DNA from: Craspedostauros australis
Taxonomy: Eukaryota
DNA: 47,206 bases
Reading direction: 5' to 3'
Assembly: GCA_030167865.1 (NCBI GenBank)
Contig: JALAGF010000931.1
Coordinates: forward strand, 1 to 47,206
Below, piece by piece: positions 23,201 through 34,316 of the stretch; position 1 is the first letter of the stretch; every line of letters starts with the position of its first letter. The notes below the pieces were generated by a model. That model ran no database searches, was not told where the DNA came from, and saw nothing but the letters and a program-made list of their open reading frames with translations. Position numbers and translations under genes: made by a program.

Positions 23201-25647
23201 CTCTATTGTACAGTATAATACACACCACCCATGTCGATCCACCACTGCGTTCGCGATGATTCCTGCGTCGCCGTCAGCGGCTTTTCCGCTGGAGCGTCCA
23301 CACCAGTGCGCGGAATGTGCATGGTGCGAGTGCTTTGTCTACGTAGCGATCGGCCCACCTCCCTCCTGTTCGTGCCATGCGAGCCGCGTGCACAAGTGCG
23401 GGCAGGCCTCCATTCACTGAATCAATGCAGAGAGCAGGACCACGTGAATGGCCCGTTGACATCCCTCGACGACCAAGCTGCGGCTTCAAGGGTGATGCTT
23501 CCTGCGCGAACATAACCAACGCATCCATTTGGACTGCTGACATAACGCACATACGAGGACGGCATGCAGCGTGGTGCAATCCTTCCGTTGATTCCTGCAT
23601 TCGTCATGCATGATGCGGCAGCGGCGACCGAGCGGTTTCTTCTCTTGTTGTTGCCTTGGGCTGTCAAGGATGCGACGTTCTTCGTGCGCGCCTTGCATTT
23701 CTTGCGTTGGTGGCAGTTGCGGAGTAGTCTTCCTTCGTTGATGTGTTTGTCTGTCTTTGCGTTGGCAGCTTCGCACACTTTGTACGCGTTGCGAACAGAG
23801 TGAGAAATCGGCCAGACAAGAACGTGGGATTGATTGACATTTGCAGTTGTGATTGTGGTGGTGAACAACATCCCAGTGACGGGGTATTGTTTGTTCATCA
23901 TCTCTATGCAAGGACCACAATGGCGGTACTATCGGTATACCATGTCCTCTGCCTCTGTGAATGATGATGTTGTGCCGCCAGCGAAACTGGATGGTGGCGC
24001 TACCGCTCAAAGTGGCACAGCCCACGACATGAACATCACAGACACAGTTGAGCTGGACCGGAATGTGGCCGTCGTATCCGTGTTCACGACCGAGAATGGG
24101 CTTAGTCGTAGCATTCTGGGCCTAATTTGAAACACGATCCCAGTCCCGATCGGGCCCAATAGTGAAGGCCATATATGCCCCTGCGACAGATAAAATGGAT
24201 TGTACGCATAAGTGGAGAATCTGGAGATAGTTTTTCCTGTCGCATCAGAACACATATATATGGGTACTACTCTTATGACACTTTGCTTGTGAAACGGACG
24301 CCACCAAAGCTCACATTTTGTGACTACATTCCGCTCTCACAGTTCCTGCTCACGTGCTGGGACGCCACATCACACCAAGGAAACGAACATGCTCGTGAAA
24401 GCACTGCAGGTGGTACGATCACAGATGACATGAGGAGAAAAAGGAATGAAGAACCCAGCGCCGGCGAAGGATAGTGTGTGGCTGTGCGCGCTTCAGACAG
24501 AAAGATGGTGAAGTTGATCCATCTCTTCGCGCATACAGGAAACTGGGATACCGCCACGCCTCCCGTAAGTATCGTTGTGATCGATCTACGTGCGATGGCT
24601 ATTTTCAAACGGGAGACGGAACATGAATGTACGTTGGTTTGGAATGCGTTAATTGTGCATCGCACACAACCCACTTCGTCTCGTGAATGGAGTATTTAAA
24701 AAAAATCATCCTGTTGCAAGCTAAATGATCACGCTCTGCGGACGTCATCGAACATCACATGCATCGATCGGATCCATGTCGTTGGCAGCAACGCCTGCAT
24801 CCAGTTCGAGCAGATTTATCACAAGAAGAGAGCGACTTGGAGATCGGCGAGGTTCGATCGATCGGTGGAAGTGATGCTCAGTCGAATGGAGTCCATGGTC
24901 CACAATAACACTCACATCGGGACGAGTCCAAGGTCGGCGGTGTGACGATCCCACTCGTGGTTTGCGATGGTTTCTTCGTCATTTTTGTTCCTGTTTGTGA
25001 TGATTTCTTCATCATTGTCGTCTTGGCTTCCAGCAGTTGGAAGGTGAACGGATTATTTTTCCCAAATTGGGAGCACTGCGTTGGACCTTTGTTCGTGACT
25101 TTTTCGCGGTTTGCGTGCATGTCTGGTGCACTCGGACTGCCGAACAGCCAAACGGAGGTTGCGCAATCTGTGGCAAAGCACTTTTTTGGCTTGTTTGGCG
25201 ACGCAGAAAACTGTTGCCTTGTCGTTGCAACCTCGATACATCTCGTTCCCGACTCCGTCATCACGCAGACATCAAGAAAGGACCAGCTGGTTTGCGTTTC
25301 CTTCTGCTGTTGGTTGATTCACGAACGAAGTTCCAGTCTTGCCGAACTTGGAAATCCAGGACTTCAATGGCATGTTTAGTCCGATAATGATATTGTTGTC
25401 CGTTAACAATCTCCACCTTCCATGCGATACTAGGCACCTCCGACTCAGTGGACTATTTCCCTGTTTAACGGTCAACTTCATTGGTGCCAAATGTCGACAT
25501 CCGCAAAACACGACGCAACACGCACACAACAACGACGAGACAAGATGGACAAGACAATCTGCAGAACAAATCAGCCACAAACCACTACAGAAACACGATA
25601 TCGGTCCATGCCAAACGATCCGATGCACTAACAACAAGTTAATCGAC

Positions 25648-27024
25648 ATGGAGAGGGTTGACTTGATGGCAAGGTTCGATGCTGCTGCGGAATGCGTGCA
25701 GGTGCACAAGCGCAGGCAGCAGCAGCAGCAGCAGCAGCAGCAACAACACCATGCAAGGACATCAACTGTCGATCAATCAACGCTTCTGCTGTGGTGTGCT
25801 GCCTTGGAGGCATGGTGCCACCAGCTGCTGTACGCACGAAAGGTGTACTCGTCCGAAACCTTCGAGATGTACAGGTTCCTCGGAATGACGTGCCGTATGC
25901 AGCAGAACGCAGAGGTCATCTCCTACATCCACGAGGCTGTGGAGGTGGCTGCGAAAAGCTTGCTGGATACTTGCATCCGACAAGATCACCGAAATGGCGC
26001 AAGAGCCACAGAAGTTTGCTTGGCGATCTTAGAGACACCATGTTCCACCGATCCGATCGAGCAGTACACCATTTCATTCCAACCCAGCCACAGCATGAGC
26101 AATGCTCCTTGTGCCCGAGCGCAAAGGCAGACCGTCGTCGTTCCGAAACAATGGAGGAACGTGGAGGAACTTGAATCTCAGGTTCGAGATTTGATTTTGC
26201 GTGTCAAGTCACTGGAGGGCTTGATCCCCTACCCACCCTTCGTGGACACCCTGACGTTTCAAGTGCAGCTGTACATCGAACCGCCACCACAGCCACCGAC
26301 GGATGCCGCTGCACGGCCATCATCGACGGGTGGCGAGACGAAACACGCGAGTGTCCCAGCCCAATTGCCAACGACGTCACCTCCTCTGTCGTCACAGCAT
26401 CTGACGCAAGATTCCAACAGCTCCGCCTTCTCCGTTCGCACACCTATCGGCGAGCCATCTGATGCCAGTCCATACCCTCGTGCATCTACTCCACGTTTGT
26501 ACCAAACGGATGAGTCCGACAGCGAGAGCTCGAACGGCGATGGTGTGCACGGCGGCGGCAACAATCGTGATGCAGATGTTGGCAAGTCGCAAGTGCGATG
26601 CACTTACCCTGAAGCTCTGAAGAACGTATTCCATTCTGGTGCATGGTGCCGCATTCCAGACACATCCAGGCGGAGGCAAAACGAGGCAAGGCGTCCATTG
26701 CTGGACATGCCGGGCTCCAATGGCGTCACTGTGCAGCTATGGATGCAGCAACAGCAACAGCAACGACAACGGCAACAAATGCGACGAAAGCAATTGCGGA
26801 GCAGCAGCAACAGCAATGGTAACGGTGGAGGCGGCAACGGCGTCAATGGAAACGAGCGACCTCCGAATGACGAAGCAACGGAATCATCATCATTGTCATC
26901 ATCTCGCCTTCGACCAACGACTACGCAAACGAAACTACGTCGCTCAGCACAACACCCGCGTTCGACACAGCATTCCTCTCCGGCGCCACAACAGTCAAAG
27001 CAACTTGACGATCTATCATGGTGA
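25648..27024 (+). CDS. REV7: HORMA-domain protein, Rev7/MAD2L2-like (458 aa from ATG 25648)
   Basis: LEAWCHQLLYARKVYSSETF...VISYIHE...PIEQYTISF...ELESQVRDLILRV...LTFQVQLY and a distal RPLLDM...VQLWMQ segment follow the Rev7/MAD2L2 HORMA pattern. Poly-Q and Ser/Pro insertions are present. Confidence 0.75.
   Translation: MERVDLMARFDAAAECVQVHKRRQQQQQQQQQQHHARTSTVDQSTLLLWCAALEAWCHQLLYARKVYSSETFEMYRFLGMTCRMQQNAEVISYIHEAVEVAAKSLLDTCIRQDHRNGARATEVCLAILETPCSTDPIEQYTISFQPSHSMSNAPCARAQRQTVVVPKQWRNVEELESQVRDLILRVKSLEGLIPYPPFVDTLTFQVQLYIEPPPQPPTDAAARPSSTGGETKHASVPAQLPTTSPPLSSQHLTQDSNSSAFSVRTPIGEPSDASPYPRASTPRLYQTDESDSESSNGDGVHGGGNNRDADVGKSQVRCTYPEALKNVFHSGAWCRIPDTSRRRQNEARRPLLDMPGSNGVTVQLWMQQQQQQRQRQQMRRKQLRSSSNSNGNGGGGNGVNGNERPPNDEATESSSLSSSRLRPTTTQTKLRRSAQHPRSTQHSSPAPQQSKQLDDLSW
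25717..25746 (+). repeat. (CAG)8(CAA)2 poly-glutamine microsatellite inside the HORMA CDS
   Basis: Read directly from the sequence. Confidence 0.9.
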
Positions 27025-27445
27025 GACATACCAGTGTGGATTTTCTACAAAACTGTGCGCCACGGCGTCATCATCACGACAACATCAATGATCTCAGCAA
27101 ACACCGCGAGACCCGACCATCCAAGCTTGTTATCCTTGCGTATCAAGCCGCAAATGCTATGGTATGTGCGCATATAATCTGTTTCTCTACTGTTATCTAC
27201 TGCCATGCATGCACTCGTACCCATGTTGTGAGTTTGTATAATTACGCGTATGCGCTGATCCGGCAAACAGGAAACGAAGACACTTTGGATGCCATGCCTT
27301 TGTTCATTGCTCTCTGTGTTTGCCTCTCCACATTCAAATTCATTTTCGTATTCGTGCTCATGCTCATCTGTTGCATGCACCTTTGCTTTTGTTTTTGCTT
27401 TTACTCTGGCATGTGCCTTCACCTCCGCACTGCCCACTTGCCAAC

Positions 27446-30400
27446 TCAGGTGCGGCGCTGGGAGGTGCCGGTGTGGCGGACGGACTCGTCGGCACGGAAC
27501 TGCTTCTTGGACAGGTCGATGAAGATCTGCTCGAGGCTCATCTGCGCAACGGAGTAAAACTTGATATGGTGCCTCCTCTTGTTCTTCTCCAGGACATCGA
27601 AGATGGTCGCCAGTTGCTTGATGCTCTGGGAGGTAGCGATGCCGCCGCTGCCATCCTCAAGGAATGGGACCTTCAGCTTGAAGTTGTACGGCAGGGATTC
27701 GTAGACCGTGGCATCCATGCCGAGCGATCGCAGCAACCGCACGACACTGTTTTGGGATTGCTCGGGTGCGTCGCGGTCCAACGCAATCTCCACGAAGTAG
27801 CTCTTGCAGAAGCGCTGCTGCAACCGATCAAGGTCTCCTGTTGCAACGAGCTCGCCATCGATCATGATACCGATCCTTGTGGCAAGCTCTTCCGCCTCGT
27901 CCATGTAATGCGTCGAGAACAGGATGGCTGGAAGCTTGTACTCTTCGTTGACGAGATCAGGCTTGAGTGCGCTCCACACCAGATGACGAGCGCCGGGGTC
28001 AAGGCCTGTCGTGCATTCATCCACAAGCATCGCGGTCGGGTACCCGACCATCGCAATGCCAAGGGAAAGGCGACGCTTGTATCCACCGGACAGATCTGTG
28101 GAGTACTTCTCCATGTGCTTGGTGAGGCCCAGCAAGCGCGCGACGGCCTCGATGTGCTCCTGGGTGACGTCGCTGTCCCAGTCCAGGCCACGGATGCGAG
28201 CGTAAAACTCGAGGTGCTGCTCCACCGTCAGGCCTTGGAAGAGAGAGTCGTACTGGGGGCACCAGGAGATGTTGCTGCGTTCGAAGATGTGATCGACGCC
28301 CCTGTCCTCGGCGGAAAAGCCCCTGCCGTCAATGCTGGCGCTACCATTCTCCGGAGTGTAGGTGCCAGCCAGGACAGACATGAGGGTCGTCTTCCCAGCT
28401 CCTGCTCATGGTTAAAATCACAAAAAGGAATGGTGAAATGATCATGCAGTGAATCGAAGCGAAGCGAAATACAAGAGTTCGTGTGGGTAAAGGGGTGAGC
28501 TGACAAGTCAGTAGGCATGCAAAGTGAAAGTCGATGCCATGAAACATACGCCCATGGCAACCGTGGTACACACTAGTAGCCATCCAAGCATCAGCATCGG
28601 CAACAGCAGAAGACCAAGCAGCAGACGTACCGTTGGGCCCCAGGAGGACGTAGATCTCATTCCTCTTGATTCCGAAACTCACGCCCTTGATTGCGCGCTT
28701 GATGACGTGGTCATCCTCATCATCCTCAACTTCGCCTTCCTCGGAAAGGTCGACCTCGAAGACCTTCACAATGCCTCGGGAGTAGATCCCGTCACCACTG
28801 TCGAGAGATCTTTGCTTCTCAGCGAGGACGTCCTCATCGTGGATGGGCACCGGAACAGCGTTGGCCTTGTCTTCTTCGGCCAGCTTCGTGATCTCCGGCT
28901 TCGTCGTGGTGAGGCGGTACAGGTAGATCCATTCCGCAGTACCAATGACGAACATGCAGATGATGACGACGATGACGCGCGATTCAAACTCGAAGACGTC
29001 AGAGTACGTCAAATCGTCGTCGTCGAACTTGGTCGAAACGTCGACGATCGCACCGAGGCCACGCTGGAATGCGACGGGAGGGATGATGTTGAGGAAGTCT
29101 CCCACGATCAACAGGGTGTCTTCGCCGCCGTCAACGAGTTGGTACGCAAGGTTCCATGCCGTGTAGGGCACGGAGATGCCGGCGAAGTAGATGGACGGGA
29201 ACCAACCCTTGGCATCGTCGAAGTCCTTCGTGATCAGCTTCTTCGAGATGATGAGTCCCATGGGGGTCGCGGAGTAGGCGTAGAGCAGGAGAAGGATCAC
29301 CGTCGCCAACCACCGACCGGCGTTGCCAAAGATCACGGTCTCGAAGGAAAGGCCGAGGACAATGAGGATGACGAAGAATGGGAGGAAACTCGTGATGCAT
29401 TTGTAGAACGTGACGCCGAGGCACACTGTCCACTCGTTCACGCCGCCGACGCGGAACAACGAAATGATGTTGTTCGCCTTGTACGTCAGGATGTCGATCA
29501 TGGAGAAGACCATTCCCGTGAAGCCGTAGACCAACGCGATGGGGATGAGGAGCGAGTCCAGACGGAAGTCCTCCTCTGAATCATATGGAACCTGCTGGAG
29601 GTTGATGCCGAGGCTGGTGTCATTGTTGCCCAGCCTTCCGAAGTTCGCCAGCATCATGAGGTTAGTTCCGATTTGAGTTGCAAAGCCGGTGATGTCGTTG
29701 TTGTACTCCAGGGTGTTGGTGTCCGCGAGGTAACCGCCCAGCACAGGCATGGCATCGTGATACCCAGCAAACGACGTTGGTGCGTCGGTCAGCACGATAT
29801 CGTCCATGTTCAAGTCGGTTGTGTTCATGTCGAGCCCGAAAAATTCGCTCGTCTTCCCAGACAAAAGCTGAGACGAGATCGGAATCGGGTCAGGCTCGAC
29901 GCGTTCAATCGCATCCGATTCGCCGACCAGGTAGACCGCGACAAGACCACCGACCATGTACAACAATGGCAAGGTAACGTTGAGAACGATGGCCTCCGGT
30001 TGCTTCCAGGCATCCTGCATGGCGAACTTGGCAACGATGAAGAACTTGTCCCAGAACGAGAGACGATGTTTGACTTGGTTGTTGGCCCACACCTTGGAGA
30101 GGAATGATTGGCGTTCGCCAGCTTCTTCCAAGTCGAGCTCAAGCCGTTCGTTGTCGTTGTCATCGTCACCATCGTCACTTGTGTCGCTGGATTCCTCTTC
30201 CTTCCCGGTCGCGAGGAAGACCTGTTCCAACGTGGTGAGTTCCACCTCGATGTTCCTCGCCCCTTCGGATTCCAACCAGGACAGCATGGATGGGAAGGAT
30301 GGCTCCGTCCCGTGCGACAGGCTCCACTTGAACGTTCCTGGCCTTTCGCTGGTGGCCCTCGTGGCATCTTCGATGATGCGCGTCACATCGAGATCGTGGC

Positions 30401-31358
30401 GCGAATCGAAGCGGAGGGAGTACCCGACGCCGAAATGGTGCTTCAGGAACAGGGTCGTGCCGGACGTGACGATGCGTCCCTTCTTGAGGATGGCGACTCG
30501 GTCGCTAAGCAGATCGACTTCTTCGAGATGGTGCGAGCAGAGGATGATGCTGCGGTCCTTCTTCGCCTCGATGATCATGTCCCAGATGCCACGGCGGTTG
30601 TACGGATCAACGCCGGCGGTGGGTTCGTCGAGGAAGACGATTTCTGGATTGCCGAGCAAGGAGAGCGCGATGCAGACCTTGCGCTTCATTCCGCCGGAAT
30701 ACGTCTTGACTGGCTTGTCGCTGTCCTCGCTTGAGGTGAAGGCGATCTGGTCGATCAGACGCTGCGCTTCAGCATCGATCGCTTCGTCCAAGGATTGACC
30801 TGGTTCCATCGGGATGTCGCCACGAAGGCCAGCAAAGAGCTGCAAAGTTTCGCGGCAGGTCTCGTCTCCCAGCAGATTGTTGTGCTGCGGGCACACACCG
30901 ATCTTACCACGGATGGCTTCGCTGCTGCCGTTTGGCTGCAAGTCGACCTTGCCATCGTGGAGGTTGTAACTGAGTTGGCCGGCCTGCAAGCGCTCTTCGC
31001 CCGAAAGGATCCGGATGGTCGTCGACTTTCCGGCTCCGTTGTGACCAAGCAACCCGAGGACAGAGCCACGCGACACGTCGAGGTCGAGACCGTTCAAGAC
31101 CTCGACTGGAGCTGTCTTCTTGCACATGGGGCTTGCGTAGGTGTGCATGAGCCCTCGGACCTTCAGCAGGACTTCGCTGTCGCGTGGCAATGGTTCGAAG
31201 TTCGCTGCATCGGACTGTGCAGCGGCAGCATTGTCACCGTCATGGCCGCTGCTTCCGTTGGAATCGGTGTCGCCGCCGCGGAGAATGGTCAGAAACGCCA
31301 GGCGAAGATCAGGCGAGGTCCAGACGACGATGATGATGCAGTAGAGAATCACTCCGCA
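27446..31358 (-). CDS. ABCA: ABCA-family transporter, 3' part (NBD1-TMD2-NBD2), separated from its 5' part by the retrotransposon; intron 28630-28402
   Basis: NBD1: GHNGAGKST, YSGGMKRK, VFLDEPTAG. NBD2: GPNG|AGKTT is rebuilt across a GT-AG intron (GTACGT...TTAACCATGAGCAG), followed by LSGGYKRR and LVDECTTG. C-terminal YSVAQMSLEQIF is ABCA-typical. Confidence 0.92.
31342..31358. repeat. Left target-site duplication TAGAGAATCACTCCGCA (17 bp)
   Basis: Identical to 40197-40213. Confidence 0.95.
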
Positions 31359-31495
31359 CAATTTTTGAAAGGACCGAAAAATTCTTGAAAAAATTGTCGC
31401 AATAAAAGACACGATTAAAAATAGAAGACAGCAACAAAACAACAAAAGACAACTAGCAACAACACGACGAAAAGAAGACGACGAAGACGACCAAG

Positions 31496-34177
31496 ATGAC
31501 GAGCAAAGCTATCCAAACACCGCTTGAAGCCTACATTAGGACAATGGCAGCGAAGAAAGCAGAGCAGGACGAACAAAGGGCGAGGAATAAGGAAGGCGCA
31601 GGGAAAGAAAGTGGCGAAAAGGAGGAAGGAACGGAGGAGACAGAGGAGAATGACCGGAGGAAGGAGGGAAGCAAAGGGAACGCAGGATGCGCAGCAGGAG
31701 AGAAGTGCCTATGCAAAAGCAAAGCAAAGGCAGAGCTACGGTGCGCAGCATGCGGCGATCCAGTGCACGTGACGTGCAGTGTGGCTATAGTACCAACAGG
31801 CCAACAGCAGGTACAGAAGGGGTTTGGGGCAGTATGCATGTTGTGTGTGGAAGAGCACCAACTGCGCGTGTCGAGAGCCTCGAAGAAAAGGAGCTACATC
31901 ACCGGAGCACAAGTGCGAATGGGACAGATCCTACGCAACCGATGGGACAAGATGGAAAAGGAGAAGAAGAGGGGAGACGAAGAGGCAAAGGACATGACAG
32001 ATGGGGGAGCACAACAGAGCAAGGACGACCAGGGCGCGGAGGAAGAAGGCAAAGGAGGAGAGGAAGAAGAGGAGGAAAACAGGGACGGAGGGAACAAGGG
32101 ACAAGGAGACATCGTGGCTCAGCAACAAGAGGACGACACAGACACCGCAAAGGATGCAGAAGTGCAGCAAAATAGAAAAAGGGCAGAAACGAGCCCAAGG
32201 CACAGAAGCAGAACTGCGCAGCCAAGCAAGAGGCTGAACACCGACGACGCGGAACAAGAAGGGGAAGACGAACAACCAACCATGGACATAGAGGACAGCG
32301 GATCGGAAGGCGTAGCTAAGTTCATCTATGCAGGCCCAGGAGAAATGGAAATCAGTGAGGATGAGAAAACACAAGTGGGCAATAACTCCAACATGGATGA
32401 GAGGCAACATGAGATAGTACACCCGGAGGTCAATGTGATCACAAGACAACAAGACATCAAGTACTGTGACCTACAGCTGATGGTTAACGGAGGGGCAGGA
32501 TCGGGCAACGTGAAGGTTGCGATGGACGCCGTGATAGGGTCATGCAAGGACTTTTTACGAGCCATCCAACAAGTCAATTCCACAGCCAAATTGCTACCGT
32601 GGGACCTGAAAGCGGACTACACCAGGATCCATGCATTGGAAGATTTTCCTAACGACATGACTACGCTCAAGAAATTCTTCAAGGGTGCGAAGGCACTGTA
32701 TGGAGCGGTGAGGGAGAAGGCGTACTACAAGGTGCGAATCGAATGCGAAGGAAAAGTAAGTGAGATCACGGATGAGCTCGCAGACTTTTTCGCAGTAGAC
32801 AAAGGGAGATTCACGGTAGCCAAAATACAGGCGGCATCGACAACAACTATTGGATGGCTTCTGTACTCGACAAGGCAGATCGGAGTGGACGAGCTGGAAG
32901 AAGAGCTCACAAGACTCGCAATGCGACCGATAGCAACAAATTGGAAGCGCATCTCTGACGGAACTAAATTTGATCCGGACAGAAACACCGAGAACGATCC
33001 AAGGGCACTACACGTGGAAACGGCCACGGACGATAAAGATGTGGTAACAGAGACACTGATGCACTACTACAGCACGAAGTCGACGACCTTCCCGCTGGGA
33101 ATCCGAATGAGGATGGTAACACCGCTGGCAGGAATAGTCAACACGGACGTGAGATCGGGGTGGTTCAAGCTACGAAGTCGGCAGGGTAAATGGTGCCAAC
33201 AAGCACAAGCAGTGACATCCTACGACATCATACAAGAAACGCTGGACACGGTACCGTATGGCAAGAAACAAACGCTTCGGAACATGATCATGAAGATCAA
33301 AGCAACAACAGGCAATACCAACACGCCACTGTTCACATCGGTCAACACGAAGTGGAGAGGCGCAGGTTACGTGTTCCAATTCCACCCTGAGAAAGAAATG
33401 GAGGCGAAGATGGTAGTCAAAGGCTTGTTGGTCCGGCTAGTAGCAGAACACGGTGATGTCATCAAGACGCTCTTTTCGTCGATGGCAATCACAGAAGCCA
33501 AGACCATGAGATGGGACCCAGGGACAAGCCGAGTGATTTCAGAGAAAGACAAAGCAGTGGAAGCGGCATTGGAAGGGGATGACGACATGCATTTCGTGCA
33601 AACAGAAGAGAACTTAGAAATTGAACAGGAACACCGGGAATGTGACATGGTGCCAGAAAGAGACTACGGCGACAACGACACTATCCCCTCGCTTCGAAAT
33701 CAAGGAGAATGGAGAAAGATTGCAACGGAACAAGAGCGGCAGAAAGTTGCGGCAAGGAATGCGGCACTGCAGGACAGCGGATCCACGGGGACGAAATCCA
33801 AGAAAACGACGCGAACCGAAGGAACGAGCAAAAGGTTGGTGTCAATTGAGGCAAAGATAGCGGAGATACTGGAGACAAGGACGCAACGATCAGCTTTGTC
33901 GACATTGTCTGGGAGCACGAGAAGGTCCAAAGACACGATGACGAAGGAGGTGAAGGAGATGAGGAAGCAGATGGAGCAGATGCAGGCGATGATGGCAGCA
34001 ACGATGGAGGAAAACAGAAAGCTCAAAGAGAATTCGAGCAGTGCTCCAAGAGAGCAGGGAGTAAGGCCACCGGAGGCCCAGCGTACAGATAAGGACAATC
34101 CGAAGGTTGACAGCCTGAGGGAGCCACGCGACATAACCGAAGCAGGCGACGCGCGAGCGAAGCCTGCGGAAGGTTGA
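31496..34177 (+). CDS. Retrotransposon ORF1 (893 aa): PHD-like zinc finger, acidic region, globular core, C-terminal coiled coil
   Basis: Intact ORF directly upstream of the RT ORF. C-x5-C...C-x2-C-x4-H-x2-C-x19-C-x2-C at 31688-31846. EVKEMRKQMEQMQAMM coiled coil. Confidence 0.88.
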   Translation: MTSKAIQTPLEAYIRTMAAKKAEQDEQRARNKEGAGKESGEKEEGTEETEENDRRKEGSKGNAGCAAGEKCLCKSKAKAELRCAACGDPVHVTCSVAIVPTGQQQVQKGFGAVCMLCVEEHQLRVSRASKKRSYITGAQVRMGQILRNRWDKMEKEKKRGDEEAKDMTDGGAQQSKDDQGAEEEGKGGEEEEEENRDGGNKGQGDIVAQQQEDDTDTAKDAEVQQNRKRAETSPRHRSRTAQPSKRLNTDDAEQEGEDEQPTMDIEDSGSEGVAKFIYAGPGEMEISEDEKTQVGNNSNMDERQHEIVHPEVNVITRQQDIKYCDLQLMVNGGAGSGNVKVAMDAVIGSCKDFLRAIQQVNSTAKLLPWDLKADYTRIHALEDFPNDMTTLKKFFKGAKALYGAVREKAYYKVRIECEGKVSEITDELADFFAVDKGRFTVAKIQAASTTTIGWLLYSTRQIGVDELEEELTRLAMRPIATNWKRISDGTKFDPDRNTENDPRALHVETATDDKDVVTETLMHYYSTKSTTFPLGIRMRMVTPLAGIVNTDVRSGWFKLRSRQGKWCQQAQAVTSYDIIQETLDTVPYGKKQTLRNMIMKIKATTGNTNTPLFTSVNTKWRGAGYVFQFHPEKEMEAKMVVKGLLVRLVAEHGDVIKTLFSSMAITEAKTMRWDPGTSRVISEKDKAVEAALEGDDDMHFVQTEENLEIEQEHRECDMVPERDYGDNDTIPSLRNQGEWRKIATEQERQKVAARNAALQDSGSTGTKSKKTTRTEGTSKRLVSIEAKIAEILETRTQRSALSTLSGSTRRSKDTMTKEVKEMRKQMEQMQAMMAATMEENRKLKENSSSAPREQGVRPPEAQRTDKDNPKVDSLREPRDITEAGDARAKPAEG

Positions 34178-34316
34178 ACACAGAGGGCAGGGCCAACCGT
34201 TGGTGGAAGCACAACAACAGAGCCCGAGCCAGAATGCGCCGGTGGCAAAAAAGGATTTACCGCATCCAAAATGCCACGGAGAGGAGGGAGACGAGAGAGA
34301 TGAGACAGGGGATATT

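Noticed and set aside
28341-31445. ORF-track 1034-aa protein as a standalone gene
   Set aside because: Its TTG start lies inside the retrotransposon 5' UTR and its C-terminus reads through an intron. It is the middle of the split ABCA gene.
34137-34316. Programmed frameshift or TTG start linking ORF1 and ORF2
   Set aside because: The ORF2 frame overlaps ORF1 by only ~40 nt with no slippery heptamer, and an ATG at 34317 directly precedes the APE domain.
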